Positions 1-8,756 of a DNA stretch of 64,000 nt are shown here, one piece after another. The position numbers were made by a program, and so were the translations under genes. The notes beneath the pieces were generated by a model. The model did not search any database. It saw only the letters and a list, made by a program, of their open reading frames with translations, and had not been told where the DNA came from. Location of the stretch: the NCBI GenBank assembly GCA_045596405.1, contig JAZOCJ010000036.1, positions 1,821 to 65,820 of the forward strand. Reading direction: 5' to 3'. Source of the DNA: Faecousia sp. (GTDB taxonomy: Bacteria > Bacillota > Clostridia > Oscillospirales > Oscillospiraceae). The first letter of the stretch is position 1. Each line of letters begins with the position of its first letter.

Positions 1-2
1 AG

Positions 3-164
3 AATGGTCAAGCAGTCATCTTCAAAAACAATCGCCCCAAGTATATGGTGATCGATTTGGAGCACTCGCCGATGCTGGAGCTGACCGATGATGAGAAGAT
101 CGACATTGTTGCCGCTCGGATCTTGAAGCGGTTTAAGCCTGCGTTTGAGGAGCTTGCCAAATGA
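3..164 (+). CDS. Phd/YefM-family antitoxin (5' truncated by window edge)
   Basis: Manual translation ...NGQAVIFKNNRPKYMVIDLE...FEELAK*; stop overlaps the ATG of the downstream Doc toxin (ATGA). Confidence 0.85.
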   Translation, partial: NGQAVIFKNNRPKYMVIDLEHSPMLELTDDEKIDIVAARILKRFKPAFEELAK

Positions 165-538
165 TCAAATTCTCAAAAGATAAGGTACTTTTGCTGCACA
201 AGCTGATCGCCCAAGAGACCGGTGGTAGCATCGGTGTCCGGGATGAGGGATTATTGGAATCTGCTTTGGAAGCTGCGTTTTCCGGATTTGGTGATCAAGA
301 GTTTTACCCTACCAAAGAAGAAAAAGGTGCGCGGTTGGGCTATAATTTGATTTCCAACCACGCCTTTGTTGACGGTAATAAGCGAATTGGTATGTATGTA
401 ATGCTGACCTTTTTAGAAGTCAACGGTGTCCATATGGACTGCACAAACGAAGAAGTGTCAGACACCGGTCTTGCAGTGGCTTCCGGAAAAATGGAGTATG
501 ACGCTCTGCTGCAATGGGTAAGAGATCATCGTATATAA
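161..538 (+). CDS. doc: Death-on-curing (Fic/Doc) toxin
   Basis: Fic motif HAFVDGNKR, GVRDEGLLESAL segment, 125 aa, coupled to a Phd-type antitoxin. Confidence 0.92.
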   Translation: MIKFSKDKVLLLHKLIAQETGGSIGVRDEGLLESALEAAFSGFGDQEFYPTKEEKGARLGYNLISNHAFVDGNKRIGMYVMLTFLEVNGVHMDCTNEEVSDTGLAVASGKMEYDALLQWVRDHRI

Positions 539-549
539 CAATATGATTA

Positions 550-579
550 CGGCAGGTGCAAATGCACCTGCCGTTTTTT
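550..579 (+). terminator. Rho-independent terminator after doc
   Basis: CGGCAGGTGCA-AA-TGCACCTGCCG followed by a T-run. Confidence 0.85.
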
Positions 580-629
580 GTTGATAAAAGAAGCCGGGGT
601 CAGGTGTGTTACCTGACCCCGGTGGGATA

Positions 630-2180
630 TTATTTTGCGTATTCCACAGCCTTGGTCTCCCGGATCACGTTGATCTTGATCTGACCGGGGTATTCCAGCT
701 CGGATTCGATCTTCTTGGCAACCTCTCTTGCCAGGACGATCATATTGTCCTCGGTGACCTCCTCGGGCTTGACCATAATACGGACTTCGCGACCTGCCTG
801 GATGGCAAAGGCCTTTTCTACGCCGGGGTAAGAGCCGGTGAGCTCTTCTAGCTTCTGCAGACGGCGGATATAGTTCTCCACATTCTCGCGGCGTGCGCCG
901 GGACGGGCAGCGGAGACTGCGTCAGCGGCCTGTACCAGCACGGCGATGACGGTCTTGGGCTCTACGTCACCGTGGTGCGCCTCAATGGCGTTGACGACCA
1001 CCGGGTTTTCCTTGTATTTGCGGGCAAGATCCGCACCCAGCTGTACGTGGCTGCCCTCCACCTCATGGTCGATGGACTTGCCAAGGTCGTGGAGCAAACC
1101 GGCGCGCTTTGCCATTGCCACATCCACGCCCAGTTCAGCGGCCATCAGACCTGCAATGTGGGCGACCTCAATGGAGTGGTTCAGCACATTCTGACCGTAG
1201 GATGTACGGTACTTCTGGCGGCCAAGGATCTTGACCAGCTCGGGATTCAGACCGTGGACACCGGTCTCGTAGCAGGCACGCTCACCCTCTTCGCGGATGG
1301 TGCGGTCCACATCCCGACGGGCCTTCTCCACCATATCCTCAATGCGGGTGGGATGGATGCGTCCGTCAGCGATCAGCTTCTCCAGTGCCAGTCGGGCAAC
1401 CTCCCGGCGGACCGGGTCAAAGCTGCTGACGGTAATGGCTTCCGGGGTGTCGTCGATGATCAGATCCACGCCGGTGATGGTCTCCAGTGTGCGGATGTTC
1501 CGACCTTCACGGCCGATGATCCGACCCTTCATCTCATCATTGGGCAGGGGTACAACAGAAACAGTGGCTTCTGCTGCGTGGTCTGCGGCACAACGCTGAA
1601 TAGCGATGGAGATGATCTCCCGTGCCTTTTCGTCTGCCTCGTCCTTCATCTGCTGCTCGATCTCTTTGATCTTCATAGCAGTTTCGTGACGGATCTCTGT
1701 CTCCAGGCTCTCCAGCAGGAACTGCTTGGCCTGCTCCTGGGTAAGACCGGAGATCTTTTCCAGGGTGGCAAGGTGCTGCTGCTTTATAGCGTCGGCATCG
1801 GCTTTCGCCTGGGCTACCTCCACCATACGGCGGGCAAGCTCCTCTTCCTTACGCTCGAAGGAATCGGCCTTTTTATCCAGAGATTCTTCTTTTTGCTGCA
1901 GCCGGCGCTCCTGCTTGCTCAGCTCAGCGCGGCGCTCTTTTACTTCTTTTTCGTACTCTGTGCGGGATTTATGGATCTCGTCCTTTACCTCCAGAAGCAT
2001 TTCCTTTTTCCGGCTCTCGCCGCTGCGGATCGCTTCGTTGATAATGCGGGTGGCCTCCTGCTCCGCAGAGCTGATCTGACGTTCGCCTACCTTCTTCCGG
2101 TAAGCAATACCAATGAAAAAGCCGATCAATGCCGCCACTAAAACGCCAAGGACGATCAAAATGATCTGTAACGGTTCCAT
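630..2180 (-). CDS. rny: Ribonuclease Y
   Basis: N-terminal TM helix, coiled coil, KH domain ([13 protein letters not shown]), HD domain (LLHDLGK), C-terminal QIKINVIRE. Confidence 0.98.
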   Translation of the reverse strand: MEPLQIILIVLGVLVAALIGFFIGIAYRKKVGERQISSAEQEATRIINEAIRSGESRKKEMLLEVKDEIHKSRTEYEKEVKERRAELSKQERRLQQKEESLDKKADSFERKEEELARRMVEVAQAKADADAIKQQHLATLEKISGLTQEQAKQFLLESLETEIRHETAMKIKEIEQQMKDEADEKAREIISIAIQRCAADHAAEATVSVVPLPNDEMKGRIIGREGRNIRTLETITGVDLIIDDTPEAITVSSFDPVRREVARLALEKLIADGRIHPTRIEDMVEKARRDVDRTIREEGERACYETGVHGLNPELVKILGRQKYRTSYGQNVLNHSIEVAHIAGLMAAELGVDVAMAKRAGLLHDLGKSIDHEVEGSHVQLGADLARKYKENPVVVNAIEAHHGDVEPKTVIAVLVQAADAVSAARPGARRENVENYIRRLQKLEELTGSYPGVEKAFAIQAGREVRIMVKPEEVTEDNMIVLAREVAKKIESELEYPGQIKINVIRETKAVEYAK

Positions 2181-2375
2181 AAATTAAGCACACCTCCTTT
2201 TATAAAATAGGCAAAGCCAAAGGGGTGGCGCGGTAACCTCATGTTCAATTTGCAGACATATCGATATTAATACAAACAAAACGCCATGAGGCGAAAAACG
2301 CTGTCCTCCGGCTTTCACCGGATAAAAATGAAACGCTGTGGCGCACAGCACACAGGCGTACACTATACCAAATCT

Positions 2376-2404
2376 ATTTTACCGGGATAGAATAGGAATG
2401 TCAA
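2376..2404 (-). promoter_or_regulatory. SigA-type promoter of rny
   Basis: Minus strand TTGACA-17bp-TAAAAT; implies a ~190-nt 5' UTR. Confidence 0.7.
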
Positions 2405-2497
2405 GAACAATTGCACAAAAAGGGAGGAAATTTGGGAGAAAATTATGCAACTAGCCCAAAAACAAAAAGGGAATGTGATCGGGGGCGGAGTTTCGCG

Positions 2498-2526
2498 TTG
2501 ACAAGGGAAGTGCGCCGTGGTAAAAT
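2498..2526 (+). promoter_or_regulatory. SigA-type promoter of the tRNA-Leu locus
   Basis: TTGACA-17bp-TAAAAT with an extended -10 TG. Confidence 0.8.
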
Positions 2527-2535
2527 GAGGACAAT

Positions 2536-2689
2536 GCGGATGTGGTGGCCGCGTTGCCGGTGGCAGAAGAAGCGAGGGCGCAGTGAGTGCCGCGGGCGGC
2601 AAGACGCCAGCCAGCTTCGTCAGGCGCAGCGGCTGCCGGGCACCGCAAACGGAAGACTCGGTGGATTTGGTTCCTGTTGTCTTTGCGTG
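2536..2689 (+). pseudogene. Degenerate partial copy of tRNA-Leu interrupted in the D-loop by a ~102-nt structured insert
   Basis: GCGGATGTGGTGG (2536-2548) is identical to the tRNA 5' end. After the insert, AGACTCGGTGGATTT-GGTTCCT..TGTC.TTG-CGTG matches the D-arm to variable-arm region. The anticodon A, T-arm and 3' acceptor strand are missing. Confidence 0.8.
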
Positions 2690-2705
2690 AATGAAAATAG
2701 AATAT

Positions 2706-2789
2706 GCGGATGTGGTGGAATTGGTAGACTCGGTGGATTTAGGTTCCTCTGTCATTGACGTGCAGGTTCGAGTCCTGTCATCCGCACCA
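2706..2789 (+). tRNA. tRNA-Leu (anticodon TAG)
   Basis: Acceptor GCGGATG/CATCCGC, D-loop AATTGGTAGA, anticodon loop TT-TAG-GT, long variable arm GTCA/TGAC, T-arm GCAGG-TTCGAGT-CCTGT, encoded CCA. One T:T mismatch each in the D and anticodon stems. Confidence 0.93.
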
Positions 2790-2833
2790 AATAAGCAGAA
2801 ATGGCTTTATGCCGTTTCTGCTTATTTCTTTTT
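2790..2833 (+). terminator. Terminator after tRNA-Leu
   Basis: AATAAGCAGAAATGGC...GCCGTTTCTGCTTATT followed by a T-run. Confidence 0.8.
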
Positions 2834-2949
2834 ATGGTGAGACATGTTTAAGAAAAACTGACAGTTTCGCAGTAAAACTGTCTTTTCATCTCCAACCTAT
2901 TATGCTATAATATTCCAAATGATTGTAATAATTAGTTGGAGGTTCTTCT

Positions 2950-4254
2950 ATGGCTAATATTGACGAAATCTACCGAGATCTAACCGGTGTGGATATTGAC
3001 ACGCAAAGACTCCTTTGGGACGAACGAGGCAAAGGATACTATGGTGAATACTTAGTTTTCAAGAAGCTGTATCCCGAACTTACCGGGTGCTGCAAAATTC
3101 TAATGAATTTACAGATTCCCACCGGCGACGGCAAGACAACCGAAATCGATCTCCTGCTTATCCACGAAACAGGGCTATATGTCTTTGAAATGAAGCACTA
3201 TAAGGGAACAATCTACGGAAAAGCTTCTGACCAAAAATGGACACAATATTTTCGTACCGCCCCCAATTCTCATTTCTATAATCCCATTCTCCAGAATCAA
3301 TATCACATCAAGGCTTTACAAAGGATGTTCCCAAGTATCCCCATTCATTCTCTCATTGTGTTCACAAGCCCGGAATGCGACTTACGTGTTGAGTGCAATG
3401 AATTGGATATCACCGTCTGCCAGCTGGGTAATCTTTACATCCCGCTTCACCTCTTGGAAACGCGGAGCAAGCTGTTTGACATCAACCGTATTGACGGTAT
3501 ATTTAATGAACTCGTTTCTTTCTCTCCCATCACTACCAAGCCTGTTACTGTCGATGGAGAATCTGTTCCGTTTCACCAGTACATTAACAACATCGTTAAA
3601 GATTTCCATAACGAAAAGGATAATGCCAAAAATGCTTTTCTTGCGGCAGAAAAAACCGAGAGAAAGAAAACATTTGTTACAATTACTTCTGCGGCTATTG
3701 CCGTCGTTGTATGCATTATATTGTCCTTTTTTGTGTGCTCCCAGTACCGCACTTATGCTGACGGTCAGATTGCCGCTGCTGAGCAAGAATTAAGTGAGTT
3801 TGCGCAAAAGTTTGAGCATGTTGGCCCATACAACAATGGGCATATTGTTATGGAAGATGGCTTCGTTACTGCATCAGGTGTACAGCTTGCAAAGTCTGTT
3901 GATGTAGAAGATGCTGTCAATTTGTATTTCACCCTCGACTGGAATGGTGAATATTACGGTGCTAACATTAGTCGCGATGTTAACATCATCGTCATTCTTA
4001 AGGACGGTACTGTCAAGGAGTACGATATTCTCGAAAGTTCCTTTCCGTATAAATCTTCTGATCTTAGGCTTGGGAAACGTAATTCTTGGTATGGTGCATA
4101 CACAACATATGAATTCCCGGTCCACGAACTGTCCGGACTAAAAATTGGAGATATATCTTATATTAAACTATCTGGATTGGACGTATGGGTAACAGAAGCT
4201 GGTAGCTATAAACCGGTTCTTATAGGCACAGGATACGAAGTTAGGATATACTGA
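2950..4254 (+). CDS. NERD nuclease-related domain protein with a central TM helix and an unknown C-terminal domain
   Basis: KGYYGE...TTEIDLLLIHETGLYVFEMKHY...FYNPILQN..HI motifs; hydrophobic helix around aa 243-263; AT-rich. Confidence 0.85.
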   Translation: MANIDEIYRDLTGVDIDTQRLLWDERGKGYYGEYLVFKKLYPELTGCCKILMNLQIPTGDGKTTEIDLLLIHETGLYVFEMKHYKGTIYGKASDQKWTQYFRTAPNSHFYNPILQNQYHIKALQRMFPSIPIHSLIVFTSPECDLRVECNELDITVCQLGNLYIPLHLLETRSKLFDINRIDGIFNELVSFSPITTKPVTVDGESVPFHQYINNIVKDFHNEKDNAKNAFLAAEKTERKKTFVTITSAAIAVVVCIILSFFVCSQYRTYADGQIAAAEQELSEFAQKFEHVGPYNNGHIVMEDGFVTASGVQLAKSVDVEDAVNLYFTLDWNGEYYGANISRDVNIIVILKDGTVKEYDILESSFPYKSSDLRLGKRNSWYGAYTTYEFPVHELSGLKIGDISYIKLSGLDVWVTEAGSYKPVLIGTGYEVRIY

Positions 4255-4583
4255 TTTGCACAAACATCTAGTACACATATCCACAGTCATTTATGATCCT
4301 CTCTTTTAAGAGGAAGTATTTCAAGCCATTTAAGGTTTCTGTACTCTTTATCGACTGCAAAAACCGTTGGTATTACTCATTTTTTACTTAAATCCTATAA
4401 AACAACTCGTACCAACGATAAAAGGGAGGCCTCCCTTTTATTGTTGGTCTAAGGAAAGACAGGGCGCAAACAGATGTAAATGCAACAGTTCGCGCGATAT
4501 AAACGGTTAATGAAAAATTTTTCAATATAAATTTATATTTTTGCGGATGCATTTTTTGTCACACTATGGTATAGTATCCTGGG

Positions 4584-5330
4584 GTGGTAAATATGTTTTT
4601 TGTAACCAGTGATAATATACCGGAGGGTGTGGGTTTTCAGACCTTTGGCCTTACCCATATTCTCTGGCTTTTGGCGGGCTTGCTTTTCTGCGTTGCCGCC
4701 TGTATTTTCTATCATAAGCTTTCCGCGGACAAGCAGAAACGTATGCTAACGGTACTGGGAGCATACATTTTCCTGCAGGAGATGACAAAAAACCTGGTGC
4801 TGATTTTCCTGGGCGAATTCAGCTGGGGATATCTTCCTTTCCACCTTTGCGGCATCAATATTTTGCTGATTGTCTTTGATACCGTAAAGCAATCAAAAAT
4901 TGTTAGGAGCTTCCTGTATTATTTTGCAATCCCCGGTGCTGCGCTGGCATTACTCTTCCCCAACTGGACGGCAATGCCTGTTTGGAATTTCTTCCATATT
5001 CACAGCTTTACAATACATATTTTACTGGTGCTGTACCCCTTGCTGCTGATTACTGCCGATCAGGTGTCTACTGACTTAAGATCAGCCCTTCAGGGGACGC
5101 TCCTTCTTGTTGCTATAGCCATCCCTGTGTACTTTTTGAATCTGCTTTGGGATACCAATTTTATGTTTTTGATGGAGCCTGATTCCGGCAATCCCTTAGA
5201 AATGTTTGAAAAACTTTTAGGTTCTCACCTTTGGGGCTTCCCCATACTCTTGCCTGTTGTGATTCTTGTGATGTATATCCCTGCCCGAATATTTAGGAAT
5301 CGAAAAAGTTCTACTAAAGTGCATTGCTGA
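4584..5330 (+). CDS. YwaF/TMEM164-like integral membrane protein
   Basis: FGLTH, LPFHLCG, HSFTIH and TNFMFL motifs; multiple TM helices. Confidence 0.8.
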   Translation: MVNMFFVTSDNIPEGVGFQTFGLTHILWLLAGLLFCVAACIFYHKLSADKQKRMLTVLGAYIFLQEMTKNLVLIFLGEFSWGYLPFHLCGINILLIVFDTVKQSKIVRSFLYYFAIPGAALALLFPNWTAMPVWNFFHIHSFTIHILLVLYPLLLITADQVSTDLRSALQGTLLLVAIAIPVYFLNLLWDTNFMFLMEPDSGNPLEMFEKLLGSHLWGFPILLPVVILVMYIPARIFRNRKSSTKVHC

Positions 5331-5434
5331 TCTTTCAAAAGGAAACATTCTGCTTGATGATCGCAAAAGCCGATGGTATTGATCACCTTTTACTGAAATC
5401 TCATAAAACAAACCGCATAAAAAAGCACCCCTTT

Positions 5435-5712
5435 GGGCGGCGCGCCATAGTGAGAAATCGCCTGTAAAAGGCGTTTATTCCCACCATCCTGCGTTAAAAA
5501 TGCTCGAAATACACCAAGAATTTCTGCGCTTTTTGCCTTGGTTGGTGGAAATCTTCGCCCTTTACAGGTGCCTTGCAGTTTTGAAGTGGAAACTTTTCTT
5601 CAAGACAAAATAACAAAATTCCCGGAATGCTTGATGCATTTCGGGAATTTTTCATGAAGTATTGGAGAAAAGGGACCGTTCAAAACCGGTTCCTCACTAT
5701 GGCGCGCCGCCC
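5435..5712. mobile_element. Non-autonomous MITE-like element inserted in a terminator hairpin
   Basis: Perfect 20-bp terminal inverted repeats GGGCGGCGCGCCATAGTGAG; flanking duplication TTT (up to CCCTTTGGG); two internal hairpins; no credible ORF. Confidence 0.85.
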
Positions 5713-5740
5713 TTTGGGGTGCTTTTTGTTTCAGAAAAGA

Positions 5741-6985
5741 TCAGAATACCCCCAACAGGGCGAGCAGAGCGCCGAACAGGACGCCACCGGCGGACATAGC
5801 AAAGAGCTGACCGAAGACCCGGTTGCGATCCTTGGCAGTGACATCGTCGGAGGAGGCGTAGGCGGACAGCATCAGCGCGCCGCAGCTGGACAGGGGGCTC
5901 AGCGCTGCCATATTGGCACCCACGCACACACCCACGGTGATGCTGATCACATCGGCACCGGACAGAGATGCGGCGATATCGGGTACAGTGGGGATCAAGG
6001 TGGGCATCACCACACCGGAGGCGGAGGAGAACCAGGACATACAGCCTGCCAGCACGGTCATAATCGCGGCGACAGTTTTTTCGCCCACCAGGGAGGAAAG
6101 TACGCGGGAGAGCAGGTCAATGCCGCCCAGCTCGGTCACCAGGGAGATCAGGATGCCCACACCGGCGATCATAACCAGGGTGTTCCACGGCACTTTCTTC
6201 ATAACCACAGATTCATCAGCTGCGTGAAGAATGGTCAGGATCACAGAGACGGAAATGGCAGCCAAACCTACATTGACCTTAAAAAGGGCGGTCAATAGAG
6301 CTACCAGGATGATGCCCGCCAAAGTGATCCACTGCATCAGTGTGAAGGAGGGGGCTTTCTCGCCTTCGGTTTGGGCAGAGGGGGCGGGCTGATATTTATG
6401 CCACTTGAACACGAAGAAATACAGGATCGCTGCAAACAGGGTGCAGTTCAGAGCCATTGCGATATTCATGGGAAGTTCCAGACCCTCGATCCCGTTTGCT
6501 GCGGCGGTGGTGACCGCCACGATGCCTGAGGGGGTAATGGGAGAAAGTCCGCCGCCGAAGGCGCCCAGTGCGCCAAAGGGCAGCAGGCGGATAGGGTCGC
6601 AGCCGGTCTGCTTTGCCAGTGCCACGACGATAGCGGCCATCAGAGCGGTTACGGAGATCAGCCCGGGACCGATGGCAGACAGCACCGCGCCGATGAGGAA
6701 CAGGATGGGCGGGAACAGCTTGATCCGTCCCTTGCACAGGGCGATCACCTTTTTTGCCAGCACATCCAGGGTCTTGTTCTCCTGGGCGATGCAGAACAGG
6801 TACATAACGCCCAGCAGCATCAGAAACAGAGAGCTGCCAAAAGAGGAGATCAGCCGTTTTTCGCTGACACCGGCGATATGCGCCAGCACCAGCGCGGCGA
6901 AGATCGCCATATAGCCGGTATTGACCTTGCATACGAAGGCGGCAATGATCACAGCGCAGAATACGATCAATGATATAAGATCCAT
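5741..6985 (-). CDS. SLC13/DASS-like (di)carboxylate permease
   Basis: ~11-12 TM helices, GGLSPITPSG and SPLSSCGAL hairpin motifs, WFSSASGVVMPTLIP. Confidence 0.8.
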   Translation of the reverse strand: MDLISLIVFCAVIIAAFVCKVNTGYMAIFAALVLAHIAGVSEKRLISSFGSSLFLMLLGVMYLFCIAQENKTLDVLAKKVIALCKGRIKLFPPILFLIGAVLSAIGPGLISVTALMAAIVVALAKQTGCDPIRLLPFGALGAFGGGLSPITPSGIVAVTTAAANGIEGLELPMNIAMALNCTLFAAILYFFVFKWHKYQPAPSAQTEGEKAPSFTLMQWITLAGIILVALLTALFKVNVGLAAISVSVILTILHAADESVVMKKVPWNTLVMIAGVGILISLVTELGGIDLLSRVLSSLVGEKTVAAIMTVLAGCMSWFSSASGVVMPTLIPTVPDIAASLSGADVISITVGVCVGANMAALSPLSSCGALMLSAYASSDDVTAKDRNRVFGQLFAMSAGGVLFGALLALLGVF

Positions 6986-7114
6986 AAATGATATACACCT
7001 TCTACTATATGTTCACGAGACTAGTGTATAACAAAATGCAAATATTTACAAATGTACTATTGCATATATCAGATATATACTGTATGATATAAAAAACGGA
7101 AGAGGTGTTAGAAT

Positions 7115-7990
7115 ATGGAATTGTTGCAGTTGCGTTATTTTGTCACTGTGGCGCAGACACTGAATATCTCCCAGGCGGCGAGGCTTCATATGATCCCCCA
7201 GCCGGATATGTCCCGGACGATCTCCAAGCTGGAGCGGGAGCTGGGCGTGCCTCTGTTTGACCGCTACAAAAACAAGCTGTCCCTTACAGAGCAGGGCAAA
7301 GCCTTCTATCAGAAGGTTTCCTACTCCTTACAGGGACTGGACGATGCGGTGGGAGGACTGGGTCGCACGGAAGGCCCGTTGACGGGAGAGCTGAAAATTT
7401 GGGTCCATCAGCACCGGGATACGGTGGTGGACTGTATTATGGCGTTCAAGAAATTGCACCCTCAGGTTTCTTTCCGGATCTCCTATGAGCCGGAGCCAAG
7501 GGATTACCGGGAGTTTGATCTGTGTATCTCCAGTCAGCAGCCGGAGGAAAGCTTTGGGAGCAGTCAGCGGCTTATTACCGAAAAGCTGAAATTGGTTGTT
7601 TCCAAACAGCACTGGGCAGCCGATGCGGACTGTGTGGAATTTTCTCAGCTGCAAAATGAGGAATTTGCCATCATCTCCCGCAACGCCAACCAATGGGTGC
7701 AGACACTGCTCCACTGCCGGCAGGCAGGCTTTGAGCCGCGGGTGTCCATCACCTGTGCCGACCTGCACTGTTTGATGAAATATGTGGCAGCCGGTATGGC
7801 GATTACCGTAGGACCTGAGATCGCTTGGCAGAGGCTGGGTCAGGGGAATGTGGTATTTGTGCCCACTGAGCCGCAGATGCAGAGGATGACCTATGTGTTC
7901 TGGAACAATGAAAAATCGCCGTCCCGGCTCAGCACCGCCTACCGGGATTTCCTGGTGGAGTATTTTCAGGCGTTGCAAAACGCTGAATAG
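7115..7990 (+). CDS. LysR-family regulator divergent from the permease
   Basis: MELLQLRYF..NISQAA..SRTISKLERELGVPLFDR HTH plus substrate-binding domain. Confidence 0.95.
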   Translation: MELLQLRYFVTVAQTLNISQAARLHMIPQPDMSRTISKLERELGVPLFDRYKNKLSLTEQGKAFYQKVSYSLQGLDDAVGGLGRTEGPLTGELKIWVHQHRDTVVDCIMAFKKLHPQVSFRISYEPEPRDYREFDLCISSQQPEESFGSSQRLITEKLKLVVSKQHWAADADCVEFSQLQNEEFAIISRNANQWVQTLLHCRQAGFEPRVSITCADLHCLMKYVAAGMAITVGPEIAWQRLGQGNVVFVPTEPQMQRMTYVFWNNEKSPSRLSTAYRDFLVEYFQALQNAE

Positions 7991-8042
7991 GGGAAAAAGA
8001 AAGAGCAGATCTGCATGCTTGCAGATCTGCTCTTTTGCGGAT

Positions 8043-8165
8043 GGATAGTATCCGCCCCTACAAGGATGTCTTAGGTTTTCCGCAGAGGCACTTTGCGGGT
8101 GGTAATCTTACGGGCTGTCGTGGGCGCCAGCCCCTACATTACAGACGACCGATGGTCGCCCCTAC
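8043..8165 (-). repeat. Cluster of three GTAG-type REP sequences
   Basis: GGATAGTATCCGCCCCTAC, GGGCTGTCGTGGGCGCCAGCCCCTAC and GACGACCGATGGTCGCCCCTAC; reverse complements begin GTAGGGGC followed by a hairpin. Confidence 0.8.
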
Positions 8166-8260
8166 TTGCAATTTAGTATACTTAGCATAAGTATACTTTG
8201 CTAAGTATAACATATTATAATCTTAAAATATACTCAAATTAGGATATTTTGAGGTGGCTT

Positions 8261-8446
8261 ATGCGAAACAAGGACAACAAGCATTTGGGCATCGAGGTCG
8301 ACCCGTAGCTGCATTATAAGCTCCACTATATTGCAAAGTATGAGGGTCGCTCCGGGAACGGACAAATCCTGCATCTGATCCGTCAGTGTATCCAGGATTT
8401 TGAGAGCAAGAACGGAGAAATTCCCTTTGGTGGGGAAGAGGGCTGA
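8261..8446 (+). pseudogene. Arc-like ribbon-helix-helix DNA-binding protein with an in-frame TAG at codon 16
   Basis: GAGGTG RBS; MRNKDNKHLGIEVDP*LHYKLHYIAKYEGRSGNGQIL...FESKNGEI. Absent from the ORF track because of the stop at 8306-8308. Confidence 0.75.
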
Positions 8447-8502
8447 TTTACAAAAAGGAAAAGGCGTGCAGTTTCGTAACTGCACGCCCTTGTTTTAATG
8501 GA

Positions 8503-8658
8503 TTACGCTTCGGAGAATTGATCCTTGCCCACGTAGCACAGGGGGCATTCAAAATCTTCGGGGACATCCTCCCACTTGGTGCCGGGGGCGATGCCACCCT
8601 CGGGGTAGCCCAGTTCCTCGTCATATTCCCAGCCGCAAACGTCACATACATATTTCAT
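8503..8658 (-). CDS. Rubredoxin (51 aa; below ORF-track cutoff)
   Basis: MKYVCDVCGWEYDEELGYPEGGIAPGTKWEDVPEDFECPLCYVGKDQFSEA; GAGGA RBS. Confidence 0.97.
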   Translation of the reverse strand: MKYVCDVCGWEYDEELGYPEGGIAPGTKWEDVPEDFECPLCYVGKDQFSEA

Positions 8659-8756
8659 AATCGTTTCCTCCTAAAATGGATAATCAATGGTTGGTGTTTT
8701 ATATTCTAACCTTTCCCAGGCAAAGAATACCATAGTTTTTCCCGATGTTCTGTGAT

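Noticed and set aside
2181-2400. Possible 6S RNA upstream of rny
   Set aside because: No long rod with a central bubble is evident; only short local hairpins.
2549-2650. Group I or group II intron in the tRNA copy
   Set aside because: Far too short, in the D-loop rather than the anticodon loop, and no catalytic core or domain V motifs seen.
2363-2758. ORFs of 115-130 aa across the tRNA locus
   Set aside because: They overlap promoters and the tRNA, and have atypical composition; spurious.
2790-5430. Intact prophage or ICE at tRNA-Leu
   Set aside because: No integrase, and no repeat of the tRNA 3' end found by eye in the window.
8306-8308. Pyrrolysine or amber recoding
   Set aside because: TAG terminates other genes here (e.g. 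deoB, LysR at 7990) and no pyl genes are in the window.
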